A stretch of DNA of 64,000 bases from Patescibacteria group bacterium (GTDB taxonomy: Bacteria > Patescibacteriota > JACPGU01): the NCBI GenBank assembly GCA_028718745.1, contig JAQULF010000001.1, forward strand, positions 31,666 to 95,665, given 5' to 3'. Every line of letters starts with the position of its first letter. The first letter of the stretch is position 1. This document shows positions 27,991 through 37,370 of the stretch, one piece after another. A program made the position numbers and the translations under genes. The notes below the pieces were generated by a model that had not been told where the DNA came from, did not search any database, and saw only the letters and a list, made by a program, of their open reading frames with translations.

Positions 27991-28998
27991 ATGCCTCAAT
28001 CCACAAATTCAAATGTCAGTTACGAAATTTCCTGGTCCAGCATCTTAAAAGTGTTGGTTGTTATTGCGTTTATTTATCTGCTCTTTTACTTATCCGGCGT
28101 GATTTTGATGCTTTTTACCGTTATTATCTTGGCTGTTTCCCTCTCTCCAATTGTTGAAAAATTAAAAAACAAGCTCCACATACCCCGAATCTTGGCGATT
28201 ACCATAATTTATATTTTAATTCTGGCTTTTGTCTTTTTAACCGTTTACACTATTGTGCCACCGGTGATGGAACAGGTAAAAAACCTTTATCAGATCTTGC
28301 CGGATTACGCCAAAAATATAGTTCCCTTTTTAAAATCGGTAAATAGTTATAGTCCGGCCAGTAGCGCAACGACAGGTGGGATCGCCCAAACATTAAGCGG
28401 ATTTTTTGGCAGTATTTTAAATTTCTTCCTGATCTTGGTTCTAACATTTTTCTTATTAATTGAGGAAGGTGGTTTTGTTAAATACATCGTTTCGCTTTTT
28501 CCGGTCTCTGATAAAGCTTATGCAATCACCATCGGCAAAAAAATATCCAACAAAATCGGCTCCTGGTTTGCCGGACAGATTTTAATTATGGTAATTATCG
28601 GAGTAGTGAATGCCTTAGCTATGTGGGCCGTCGGAATTCCTTATGCTCTGGTTCTGGGACTACTAGCCTTTATTTTTGAATCGGTACCCAATATCGGGCC
28701 CATTGCCGCTGCTGCCCCAGCCTTGGTTTTGGCCTACATCGATGCCCCATGGAAAGCGGTCTATGTCTTGGTTTTCACTCTCGTTTTACACCAGCTTTCC
28801 AATCAATTTCTAGTACCAAAAGTTATGGGGAAAATTTTGAATATCTCCGCCTTTGTGATAATTTTAGGTTTAATTATAGGAGGGGAGTTAGCCGGAATAA
28901 CCGGTATGATTCTAGCTCTACCCGTAGTAGCTGCCATTCAGGTAATGGCGCAAGAATGGCCGAATATTAAAACGAGAATTCCAAATAATGAAAAATAG
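27991..28998 (+). CDS. AI-2E family transporter, paralog 2
   Basis: 335 aa, collinear with 22374..23402 (ISWSSILKVLVVIAFIYLLFYLS...; C-terminal EWPNIK). Confidence 0.85.
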   Translation: MPQSTNSNVSYEISWSSILKVLVVIAFIYLLFYLSGVILMLFTVIILAVSLSPIVEKLKNKLHIPRILAITIIYILILAFVFLTVYTIVPPVMEQVKNLYQILPDYAKNIVPFLKSVNSYSPASSATTGGIAQTLSGFFGSILNFFLILVLTFFLLIEEGGFVKYIVSLFPVSDKAYAITIGKKISNKIGSWFAGQILIMVIIGVVNALAMWAVGIPYALVLGLLAFIFESVPNIGPIAAAAPALVLAYIDAPWKAVYVLVFTLVLHQLSNQFLVPKVMGKILNISAFVIILGLIIGGELAGITGMILALPVVAAIQVMAQEWPNIKTRIPNNEK

Positions 28999-29431
28999 TG
29001 CTTCTGCCTCCAATAAAAAAGCGTTTCATGATTATACAATATCAGACACGCTTGAAGTAGGAATAAAACTAACCGGACCGGAAGTGAAATCAGTAAAAAG
29101 CGGTTCGTTATCGCTGAAAGAAAGTTTTGTCACGATTGAAAATGGAGAATTATGGATAAAAAACCTGCATATTTCACCCTACAAATTTGCGAATAATGTT
29201 GATTATAAGCCAACCAGAGATCGGAAATTATTAGCCAACAAAAAAGAAATCGCCTCCCTTTATGGAGCGACCAAAGAAAAAGGAATGACGATAGTTCCCA
29301 CAAAAACTTATCTCAAAAACGGTATAATTAAACTTGAGATCGGATTGGCAAAAAGCAAAAAGAAATGGGATAAGCGCGAGGATATAAAAAAGAGGGATTT
29401 AAACAAAGAATCCAAGAGAGGAATGATGTAA
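28988..29431 (+). CDS. smpB: SsrA-binding protein SmpB
   Basis: KKAFHDYTISDTLEVGIKLTGPEVKSVKSGSLSLKESFV...KLLANKKEI typical SmpB. Confidence 0.9.
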   Translation: MKNSASASNKKAFHDYTISDTLEVGIKLTGPEVKSVKSGSLSLKESFVTIENGELWIKNLHISPYKFANNVDYKPTRDRKLLANKKEIASLYGATKEKGMTIVPTKTYLKNGIIKLEIGLAKSKKKWDKREDIKKRDLNKESKRGMM

Positions 29432-30246
29432 TCAAAAGGTGAATTCGGCAAAACCCAAAGACCCAAAAGAACCAAAACTATACCGGCAATAAGGTGTAGT
29501 TTTCTTATATTTCTCTGCTTCCAATGTTCGGTTTTGTCTACTCTCAAAAATCCTAAATATACACCTAACATAATTACTATCAATGGTAGAGAAAAGAGAA
29601 TATTGTAATACGCCAGAATCGGAAGAATCAAAAGCTTGCTGGTACTTTGGGATAAAACACCTAAGACAAAAACATAAGGTCCGCCGGTACAAGGTAGTTC
29701 AAAAGCGGTAACTAAAACACCGGTCAAAAACGCAACCGGAACAGTCGTAGCTTTGGCTAAAAGAAGCGACATTTTTGGTCTCCATTTTCTCGGAATTTCT
29801 ACAAGAAATCCGCCGCCGCCATACCAGAAATAATCCTTGATATTGAGTAATCCCATCACAGTTCCGAAGATACCCATTATCCAGTGAAATATGGTTGGGT
29901 TGATCCATGTATTGATTTTTAAAGCATAAAAAATACCTGCTCCGAAAAGGAAGTAAGTAATGTAAAGTCCGATGATAAAAGCCGATCCGACTTTCAAAAT
30001 CTTTTTTCGGTCGCCAAAAAACACGAGCGCGGATAAAACAAATAGGAGTACTGCAATAGCGCAAGGATTGATTGAGTCAACAAAAGCTGATGAGGTTATC
30101 AGCCAAAAAGTCGGTACCTTGGGCGCAAGACAATCTGTATTTTGAATCGTGCAAGTTCCCGCAGCCCAGGTAGCCGCTGGCGCGGCCAAAGAAAACAAAA
30201 AAACAAAAAAACAAAAAAACAAATTTTTCCAATTTATTTTCTTCAT
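29308..30246 (-). CDS. DsbD/CcdA-like thiol-disulfide transmembrane protein
   Basis: 312 aa, signal peptide, multiple TM, paired Cys motifs INPCAIAV and ELPCTGGPY; 3-prime end overlaps smpB by about 120 nt. Confidence 0.45.
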   Translation of the reverse strand: MKKINWKNLFFCFFVFLFSLAAPAATWAAGTCTIQNTDCLAPKVPTFWLITSSAFVDSINPCAIAVLLFVLSALVFFGDRKKILKVGSAFIIGLYITYFLFGAGIFYALKINTWINPTIFHWIMGIFGTVMGLLNIKDYFWYGGGGFLVEIPRKWRPKMSLLLAKATTVPVAFLTGVLVTAFELPCTGGPYVFVLGVLSQSTSKLLILPILAYYNILFSLPLIVIMLGVYLGFLRVDKTEHWKQRNIRKLHLIAGIVLVLLGLWVLPNSPFDYIIPLLDSLFKSLFFISSRLSHFFLLFANPISSLIIPFLR

Positions 30247-30374
30247 AAACAGATTTTATCATAAATAGCCAGATTTTCCAAGAACAAAAAGAAATCTCGG
30301 CTTGCCGAGATTTCTTTAAAATTGTTTTCTTACTTTCTTGTTTTCTTGCTTTATTGCTTTCTTGTTTTTTTGTC

Positions 30375-30932
30375 CTAAAACTGTACCTTTACCGCTTCTC
30401 TCTCCGCTGCTGCCGCTTCAAACATCAACTTGGGAGTTTTGAATCCTAGAATGCCGGCAACCAACATGGTTGGAAACACAGCAATTTTGATGTTAAATTC
30501 TCGAACATTGGCATTGTAGTATCTTCGAGAAACCTCAATCTTATCCTCGGTTTCGGTCAATTGAGTCTGAAGATCCAAGAAATTTTGATTCGCTTTCAAA
30601 TCAGGATAAGCTTCAGCTACGGCAAAAAGAGATTTCAAGGTGTTGGTTAGCATATTTTCCGCTTCCGCTCTATCAGCCGGAGTCTTGGCATTCATGGCTG
30701 CCGTTCTGGCCTTAGTAACTTCTTCAAAAACTCCTTTTTCATGAGCTGCATAGCCCTTGACTGTTTCAACCAAGTTTGGAATCAGGTCATATCTCCTTTT
30801 TGTCTGCACATCAATGTCGGCAAAAGCCTCATTGCAGCGGACATTTAAATTAACCAATCCGTTAAAAATAGCAATTATCCATAAAAGAATAATGGATCCA
30901 ACTACGATTAATCCAATTACTAGTGATGACAT
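30375..30932 (-). CDS. lemA: LemA family protein
   Basis: N-terminal TM then NGLVNLNVRCNEAFADIDVQTKRRYDLIPNLVETVKGYAAHEKGVFEEVTKAR typical LemA. Confidence 0.85.
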   Translation of the reverse strand: MSSLVIGLIVVGSIILLWIIAIFNGLVNLNVRCNEAFADIDVQTKRRYDLIPNLVETVKGYAAHEKGVFEEVTKARTAAMNAKTPADRAEAENMLTNTLKSLFAVAEAYPDLKANQNFLDLQTQLTETEDKIEVSRRYYNANVREFNIKIAVFPTMLVAGILGFKTPKLMFEAAAAEREAVKVQF

Positions 30933-31073
30933 TTTTTCCCTTTCTAACCCGGCGAATGCCGGGTAAAAAATTTTAGATTATTTATATGACTTAATTTTCT
31001 CCATTCTAGCATAGTTTCATTTTTCTAGCTACTATTTTTGTTTAGAAAGTGATAAAATGAAAAACACCACGCA

Positions 31074-31174
31074 TTGTCATTCCGGTGCTTCTGATGTAAT
31101 CATCAGAAAAACCGGAATCCAGGCCTGGATCCTTGATTTACTGTTGAGTACAACAGTGCTCAAGGATGACAACT
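31074..31174. repeat. MITE-like repeat element copy A (imperfect TGTCATYC ... AGGATGACAAC termini)
   Basis: shares gatccttgattt, ctgttgagtacaacag / ctgatgagtacatcag and aggatgacaac with copy at 46312-46472. Confidence 0.65.
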
Positions 31175-31212
31175 CGGAAGATAATCGCAAAAAAATATTT
31201 TAATTTAAAACT

Positions 31213-32964
31213 ATGAAAAAAATCCTTTCCTCAATCTTCTTGCTTTCTTGCTTTCTTGCTTTCTTGCTTTCTTGTCCCCCCGCTTCCGCCCGAACCCCCG
31301 ATCAAATTTACGATGATTATGTCCAAGATCTAACAACCGATATTATTGTAAACCAAGACTCTTCCTTAGATATTACCGAAAATATAACCTGGGACTTTGC
31401 CGATATTCCTGATAAACACGGTATTTTTCGAATGTTGCCTACTTTTTATCAGAAAACGAACAGTGAAAAGGTAAAAATACCCATCGAAAATATTAGCGTT
31501 ACCGACCTTAATAATAATCCCATACCATATAGTGAATCGACCAGTTCCGGTATCTTGAGCTTGAAAATCGGCGATGCAGACAAGACTGTCAGTGGGATTG
31601 TGAACTATGTTATTAAGTATAGATATAAGAATACTATCCGTTTCGACAATCAAAATTTTGATGAATTTTACTGGAATCTTAATGGTAATTTTTGGGAAAA
31701 GGAAATTGATAAATTTACCGCCAACATCACTTTTCCATCAGGAATCACAAAAAATAATGTAATTGAAATTAATAAATATGACGGTAGTTTTGGGTCTAAA
31801 AGTAATGTTTTATCAGACTATAAGTGGATCGCTGACAATACTATTCAGGTGACCAGCCAAAAAACTCTGTTGCCAAAAGAGGGCATTACTCTCTCGGTTA
31901 CTTTTCCAAAAAATATCATTTCTCCACCTGTTTTATCGTTTTGGGAAAAATACGGCGATCTGATTCTCGGGCTACTTCTTTTGGCACTGCCTATTCTAGT
32001 CTTTTTAATCTGCTTCACACTGTGGTGGAAATACGGCCGTGATATTGGCCCGGGCCGTGCCGTCGCACCTGAATTTGAAATTCCGGACGATATGAATCCG
32101 ATGGAAATGAGTGTTTTTTTAAGTAACGGCAGTCTTAAGTCCAGCGCTATCTCGGCTGCCATTGTGAACTTAGCAGTTAGGGGGTATTTGAAAATTGAAG
32201 CTGTACCAAAACAGGGAATATTTTCATCTGCTGATACCAAATTGATAAAATTGAACAAAGCGACCGAGAAATTGACTGATGCGGAAAAAAATCTATTAAA
32301 TTATCTCTTGGGAAGTAGCAATGAAGTAAAAATTTCAGACCTAAAAAATCAATTCTATAAATATATTCCAAAACTTAAGGAGACTTGTTTTAATAAACTA
32401 TCCGATCAAAAGATGTTCGAAAAGAAAGGGTTTGGCATTCAGTCAACTATGCTTGTCATCGGCGCTCTCGGGATAGGAGGATTATTTTTCGCCCCAGCCA
32501 TAATCTCTACTCCGATTTTTTATGTGATTTCCATAGTTTCAATTGCCATTATCTTTATCTTTGCCGCTTTGATGCCTAAAAGAAGTCCTGAAGGTGAAGA
32601 CCTGCTGTGGAGAATCAAAGGGTTTAAGATGTACATGATGACAGCCGAAAAATACCGCCAGAAATTTATTGAAAAGGAAGGTCTTTTTGAAAAGTTTCTG
32701 CCTTATGCTATGCTCTTTGGCATTACCGGTCTTTGGATTAGCAAGATGAAAGAAATTTACGGAGAAGAGTATTTTAATACTTATCATCCGATCTGGTATA
32801 CAGGATATATTGGGAATTTTAATATCGATAATTTCAGCAGTCAGCTTTCGGCCGTATCAAGCTCTATGTCCTCAACCATGAGCTCATCTCCTTCTTCTTC
32901 CGGTTCCGGAGGGGGAGGCTTTTCCGGTGGTGGTGGTGGCGGTGGCGGTGGCGGAAGCTGGTAA
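31213..32964 (+). CDS. DUF2207-type membrane protein with C-terminal Gly/Ser-rich tail
   Basis: 583 aa; signal peptide, large extracytoplasmic domain, TM segments, C-terminal SGSGGGGFSGGGGGGGGGGSW; genomic pairing with lemA is typical. Confidence 0.7.
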   Translation: MKKILSSIFLLSCFLAFLLSCPPASARTPDQIYDDYVQDLTTDIIVNQDSSLDITENITWDFADIPDKHGIFRMLPTFYQKTNSEKVKIPIENISVTDLNNNPIPYSESTSSGILSLKIGDADKTVSGIVNYVIKYRYKNTIRFDNQNFDEFYWNLNGNFWEKEIDKFTANITFPSGITKNNVIEINKYDGSFGSKSNVLSDYKWIADNTIQVTSQKTLLPKEGITLSVTFPKNIISPPVLSFWEKYGDLILGLLLLALPILVFLICFTLWWKYGRDIGPGRAVAPEFEIPDDMNPMEMSVFLSNGSLKSSAISAAIVNLAVRGYLKIEAVPKQGIFSSADTKLIKLNKATEKLTDAEKNLLNYLLGSSNEVKISDLKNQFYKYIPKLKETCFNKLSDQKMFEKKGFGIQSTMLVIGALGIGGLFFAPAIISTPIFYVISIVSIAIIFIFAALMPKRSPEGEDLLWRIKGFKMYMMTAEKYRQKFIEKEGLFEKFLPYAMLFGITGLWISKMKEIYGEEYFNTYHPIWYTGYIGNFNIDNFSSQLSAVSSSMSSTMSSSPSSSGSGGGGFSGGGGGGGGGGSW

Positions 32965-32992
32965 TTTACACTGTCAAACAATAAAAACAAAA

Positions 32993-33730
32993 ATGCTATT
33001 TCTCAAAGATCCCTCGAGAATACTCGGGACAAACAAAACCAAACTCTATTGTTTCAGTCCGGCCGTTATGCTGGCGACTTTTGTTATCGAAATGCTTCTG
33101 GCTGTCTATACATATTTTCGCTATAAATCGACTTTTTTCAGCCATTTAACCGTAGTTTTGATTATTCTGCTCTCCGGTTTTCAATTGGCTGAATATCAAA
33201 TCTGTGGGGGAAGGGATGCTTTGCTTTGGGCTAGAATCGGTTTTGTTATTGTTACTCTCCTACCAGTATTAGGACTGCATTTAATTTCTTTAATTACCAA
33301 TAAACTAAGCTATTTGAAACTCGGCTATATTGCTATGGCGCTTTTTGTTTTTATTTTCGCGCTAATCCCGGGTTCGCTAACGAATGCTACTTGCGGAGGA
33401 AATTATATAATTTTTAACAGCCAATCCAATCTAATGTGGCTTTATGGTTTTTATTATTTCGGATTCTTGTTCTTGGGTCTCTGGGAGGCCTTTGACTATT
33501 TGCAAAAAAAGAAGAGCGAAGCTCTAGAATGGATTATGATCGGCTACATTTCTTTTATGCTGCCAATGGGATTGGTCTATATTATTTCCCCATCTGTCCG
33601 TTCGGCCGTTCCATCGGTAATGTGTGGATTTGCTATAATTTTAGCTTTAATTTTAGCTCTAAAAGTAGTGCCGGAATATAATAAGGAAAATAAAAAATTA
33701 AAGATAAAAAATAAAAAACCAAGAGAATAA
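32993..33730 (+). CDS. hypothetical polytopic membrane protein
   Basis: about 245 aa, 7 or more TM; start placed at MLFLKDPS after upstream stop. Confidence 0.5.
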   Translation: MLFLKDPSRILGTNKTKLYCFSPAVMLATFVIEMLLAVYTYFRYKSTFFSHLTVVLIILLSGFQLAEYQICGGRDALLWARIGFVIVTLLPVLGLHLISLITNKLSYLKLGYIAMALFVFIFALIPGSLTNATCGGNYIIFNSQSNLMWLYGFYYFGFLFLGLWEAFDYLQKKKSEALEWIMIGYISFMLPMGLVYIISPSVRSAVPSVMCGFAIILALILALKVVPEYNKENKKLKIKNKKPRE

Positions 33731-33954
33731 ATGTGTTTCTAATATCTCTTTTAAATATTTCTGTAATTTTTATACTCTTCTCTATAAATTTTCTTTAATT
33801 TTCCCTGAATAGAGCAGGTTCTGGCATGCGAACAAATTCCCATATAAGACATTATTGTCTGATGAAAGGTTTTGAGGCACGCCCGTAAGCGCGCCTTCAT
33901 TAGCCAAAATAATTATCGCATAAAAAACTTGATTAGCAAGAAAAAACATTGAAA

Positions 33955-33990
33955 AGGCGGCCCCGAAGGGCCGCCGAAAAGTTTCAAAGA
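33955..33990. terminator. Bidirectional hairpin terminator
   Basis: aaaaggcggccc-cgaa-gggccgccgaaaag. Confidence 0.6.
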
Positions 33991-34006
33991 AACGAATTTC
34001 AAAGTT

Positions 34007-35015
34007 TCATGCTGCTGTAGCAGCGGGAAACCAGCGGAAGGAGAAACGCTGCGTACCTTCCGCGGAATGGCTAGGACGAGCTCCGCCGACACGGATTCCG
34101 CTGGCATCGGAGCCACCGAAAAAGATCGGGTTGCCATCACGAGAAAGCGCGCGCGTCCAGCTCCAGAGATTTTCGAAGATGTTTTGACCTATCTGTTCGC
34201 GAGTGGCTGCGGAAAAGAGCAACCCTACGGCGGGAGAGGGCGAGCAGAACATCTGGTTTATTTTAAGGCCTGCCAGAATTATGGCGCCTTCTTGCCACTC
34301 GTTCCCTTCGATGAGAAAATTAATTCTGTTGTATTTCGCCTTGTTGAATTCCCGAACCGCTTCTTTGACTTCCATCGGCAGCACTGTCTCTTTATAAATC
34401 TGATTGCAGATGAAATCGCGGTGCATCTGAGTGTGCCGAAGAAAATTTTCTCCACCTGTGTTGGGGATGGGTTGAAGAGAATGCATCATCCAACCGGATT
34501 GTATGGGATCGGTAAAGAAGCTTTCTTTGCCTCCTCCATACCGGTCGGTATCGTAGAGCACCTTGCCCCAGCGTCTTCCTCCATACCGGAGTATGAGCTT
34601 TTCGTAAATCTCCTTCATTGACATGCCGCCCGGCCAGTAAATGAAGAAGTGCGGAAACACCGAATCGACATATCTCTGGAACTCCCATCTTCGGATCATA
34701 ATCGGCGGGAATTTATTGATCCCAATGCCGAAAAGATCACTGATGGTTTCCTTCGTCGCGATGAGCTGATAGCGCCTTTTCCCTGCGATTTCCAGCATCT
34801 CCTTGTAAGGAATCGCAATGGGCGGATCATAGTCAACTATGATTGGCGGCTTCGTTTTTATTGAACCAACTGCCGGATGACCAAACGCTTTCAGAACCTT
34901 CCGCCCGGCCACTATGTCATTAAAATCCTTGCGTGACAACTGGTCCCCTACCATCGCCACGAAATCCGAGAGCTTTTTGTACAGTACCTCCGATATCCAA
35001 TCTTTCTTTTCAGAC
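34007..35015 (-). CDS. hypothetical protein (GC-rich island)
   Basis: about 336-aa ORF starting MSEKKDWISEV; GC much higher than flanks; no recognised domain. Confidence 0.4.
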
Positions 35016-35258
35016 ATAACAACTCCTCTCCCGCTTTCGGCGAGTAGCCCTATCATGTCCGGGCTTTGGACACATTTGCCGCCTTTCGGGCGGTTGACCT
35101 TAGCTTTCAGATTTCAAGGTGCAATTTTATTCTATATTATTCTGGCTTATTTTTCAACATTTCTTGTTATAGCTAAAAAAAATAAATCCCTTGACGATTT
35201 TTTTATAAGATATATAATTAAAACTATACTGAATATATTACCAATAACCGTACGCTAT

Positions 35259-35540
35259 ATGTTACCAAATATAGTAACCACCTCCCAACTTCGCCAGAAT
35301 CTTTCCGCCTTTCTAACGCTGGCCGGAAACAACCTTGTGATTGTTAAAAGCAAAGAGTCAAACAAAGTGATCATGGATGAAAAAGAATATAATCGCCTTT
35401 CGTCTCTAGCCAATCAATTTATAAATGAAGATCCCGAAGGAAAATACCGTCCTTCATTTGAAAAAGAAATTCTAAAAAGATCTCGTGATGGTGATATTGA
35501 TAAAAGAGTCAAATCTCTTAAAGCTCTATGCACAAAGTAA
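35259..35540 (+). CDS. Type II antitoxin, Phd/YefM-like
   Basis: MLPNIVTTSQLRQNLSAFLTLAGNNLVIVKSKESNKVIMDEKEYNRL resembles Phd/YefM; overlaps toxin start; inverted repeat gttaccaaatatagtaac at its start. Confidence 0.6.
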   Translation: MLPNIVTTSQLRQNLSAFLTLAGNNLVIVKSKESNKVIMDEKEYNRLSSLANQFINEDPEGKYRPSFEKEILKRSRDGDIDKRVKSLKALCTK

Positions 35541-35797
35541 CCATTCAATATCATAAAAAGTTTGTAAAAGAGTTTCAAAAACTGCCAAAAGAAATTCAAG
35601 AAAAAGCGGTTTTGTTGGAAAATATTTTTTGCGCCAATCCATATCATCCGGAGCTAAAAACAAAAAAGCTGCAAGGTAAATTGCAGTTATTTTATTCTTT
35701 TCGCATCACAAGGGACTATCGAATTATTTTTGAATTTATAGATCCGGCAACAACGCTCTTTCTCGCCGCCAAACATAGAAAAGACATCTATAAATGA
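35528..35797 (+). CDS. Type II toxin, RelE/ParE (YoeB/YafQ-like) family
   Basis: KLQGKLQLFYSFRITRDYRIIFEFIDPATTLFLAAKHRKDIYK. Confidence 0.7.
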   Translation: MHKVTIQYHKKFVKEFQKLPKEIQEKAVLLENIFCANPYHPELKTKKLQGKLQLFYSFRITRDYRIIFEFIDPATTLFLAAKHRKDIYK

Positions 35798-35803
35798 GAA
35801 AAA

Positions 35804-36529
35804 TTAAGTTAGTCGCGTTACAATAAATATAAAAATCATTCCAAGCATTGTTAGTCCGATTAGTTTGTAGGAACTGTGTTTGCTGTGAGCCTCGGGCAGC
35901 AGATCGGCTGCTCCTATATATAGAAGGAATCCGGCAAAAAAGCCTAGATAAAGCGTTAAAATACTATTCGGAATAACAAACAGAAATGTTAGAGCGACTC
36001 CTACAATGGGGGTAACCGCATCCAATAAAAGCATCCAAAAGGCCTTTCTTTTGGTATTTTTATGCACTAGCATTAAACTAACTGTGTTTAGTCCATCGGA
36101 AAAATCATGAGCGAGAACCGCCAGAGTAACTAACAATCCGATGCGGTAATCAACATGGAAAGCCAGACCGATTCCAATGCCGTCGAGCAGACTGTGAAAA
36201 GCCAGCCCCAAAGCGCTGATTAATCCAACCGTCGGATGCTTGTGCTCGGCGTATTCCTCTTCGTGAGAATGGTGAATCAAAGCGTATTTTTCCAAAATAT
36301 GAATGGCCAGAAATCCTAATACCAAGGCGATCATGGGCAAAGTAATGCTCAATCCATTGACAGTCGTTAAATTAAAAATCTCGGGAATAATATCAAAGAA
36401 AACCACCGCCACTAAAACCCCGGCCGTAAAACTGATAATATAGTGCAATTTATCATGATAGCGAATGCCAAAAAGCCCTCCCAAGAGGGTTGAAAAAAAC
36501 GCGCAAATTGCAAAAATAAGAGCGGACAT
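35804..36529 (-). CDS. zupT: ZIP family zinc transporter (ZupT-like)
   Basis: 241 aa, 8 TM, His-rich loop HHSHEEEYAEHKH and HSLLDGIGIG motif. Confidence 0.8.
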   Translation of the reverse strand: MSALIFAICAFFSTLLGGLFGIRYHDKLHYIISFTAGVLVAVVFFDIIPEIFNLTTVNGLSITLPMIALVLGFLAIHILEKYALIHHSHEEEYAEHKHPTVGLISALGLAFHSLLDGIGIGLAFHVDYRIGLLVTLAVLAHDFSDGLNTVSLMLVHKNTKRKAFWMLLLDAVTPIVGVALTFLFVIPNSILTLYLGFFAGFLLYIGAADLLPEAHSKHSSYKLIGLTMLGMIFIFIVTRLT

Positions 36530-36637
36530 AAATGTTTTGTTAATACTAACATTAATTATAACACAACTTAATTGGATGTAAAAAGTTCAAGCTCCCTTCC
36601 GGGAGCTTGGTGTAATGTGACATGGCGCAGATATAAC

Positions 36638-37024
36638 TTATGACGCCGTGGCCGGTTGGGGAGCGTTGATCAGCTCGATGAGCTGTGCAATCCCTTCCTG
36701 TGTTTCAGGGAGGATGGTTACTCCGTCAGAGGAGGTGACATCCTCCGGACGGGAAGCGAAAATCACTGCTTCCATGCCCCTAAAGTGCCCGACGATGTCC
36801 TTTGCTTCTTTCAGCATGCTGGCCGAGAAGTAGATGACGAAGTTGCGCTGCAAGTCCTGGCCTCTGGAGCAGGCATCCCTCGCAGACCTCATGGAGTCCG
36901 TAACGAAAGTTCCGTGACCCGCCTGCTTGAGAGCTTGATCCACAAACTTCCAGAACGGTTGAGACATGGAGGTGGGACTCAAAATCCCAACACCATCATG
37001 ACAGATAACCACATTTTCTTTCAT
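36638..37024 (-). CDS. hypothetical protein (GC-rich island)
   Basis: 128-aa ORF, GC-rich, no motif recognised. Confidence 0.35.
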   Translation of the reverse strand: MKENVVICHDGVGILSPTSMSQPFWKFVDQALKQAGHGTFVTDSMRSARDACSRGQDLQRNFVIYFSASMLKEAKDIVGHFRGMEAVIFASRPEDVTSSDGVTILPETQEGIAQLIELINAPQPATAS

Positions 37025-37105
37025 ACATGGAATCTCCTTCGCTTTTTGTGAAAACTATTCTTGCGGTACACAAATAATAGCCTAGATAAGATATTTTATC
37101 AAGAG

Positions 37106-37348
37106 TTATTTAGTGATCAATTCTTCTTTGACCTTCTTGCTCATCTTCTTTATCTCAATCTCCCGTTTCAACGCTCCTGATCTTGTTTTAAATTTTTCTT
37201 GATAGACAATTTTTATCGGCTTATTTCTCTGCGTATATTTGGCGCCTTTCCCCTCGCAGTGCAGCAAAAATCGCTTCTCAACATCAACAGCAATACCCGT
37301 ATAGAGCTTATTGTTTTTGCAAAGAAGAATGTAGAGAGAGTAGGACAT
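37106..37348 (-). CDS. GIY-YIG nuclease family protein (UPF0213/YhbQ-like)
   Basis: YSLYILLCKNNKLYTGIAVDVEKRFLLH (GIY...YIG) 80 aa. Confidence 0.8.
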   Translation of the reverse strand: MSYSLYILLCKNNKLYTGIAVDVEKRFLLHCEGKGAKYTQRNKPIKIVYQEKFKTRSGALKREIEIKKMSKKVKEELITK

Positions 37349-37370
37349 TTAATAATTCTAATACATTTAA

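Noticed and set aside
30180-30240. (AAAAAAC)n repeat near the 5-prime end of the DsbD-like gene
   Set aside because: It encodes the Phe-rich hydrophobic signal peptide (FFCFFVFLFSLAA) on the minus strand and is likely slippage-prone but coding.
32905-32964. (GGT/GGC)n tandem repeat
   Set aside because: It is the coding sequence for the Gly-rich C-terminal tail of the DUF2207 protein, not an independent repeat element.
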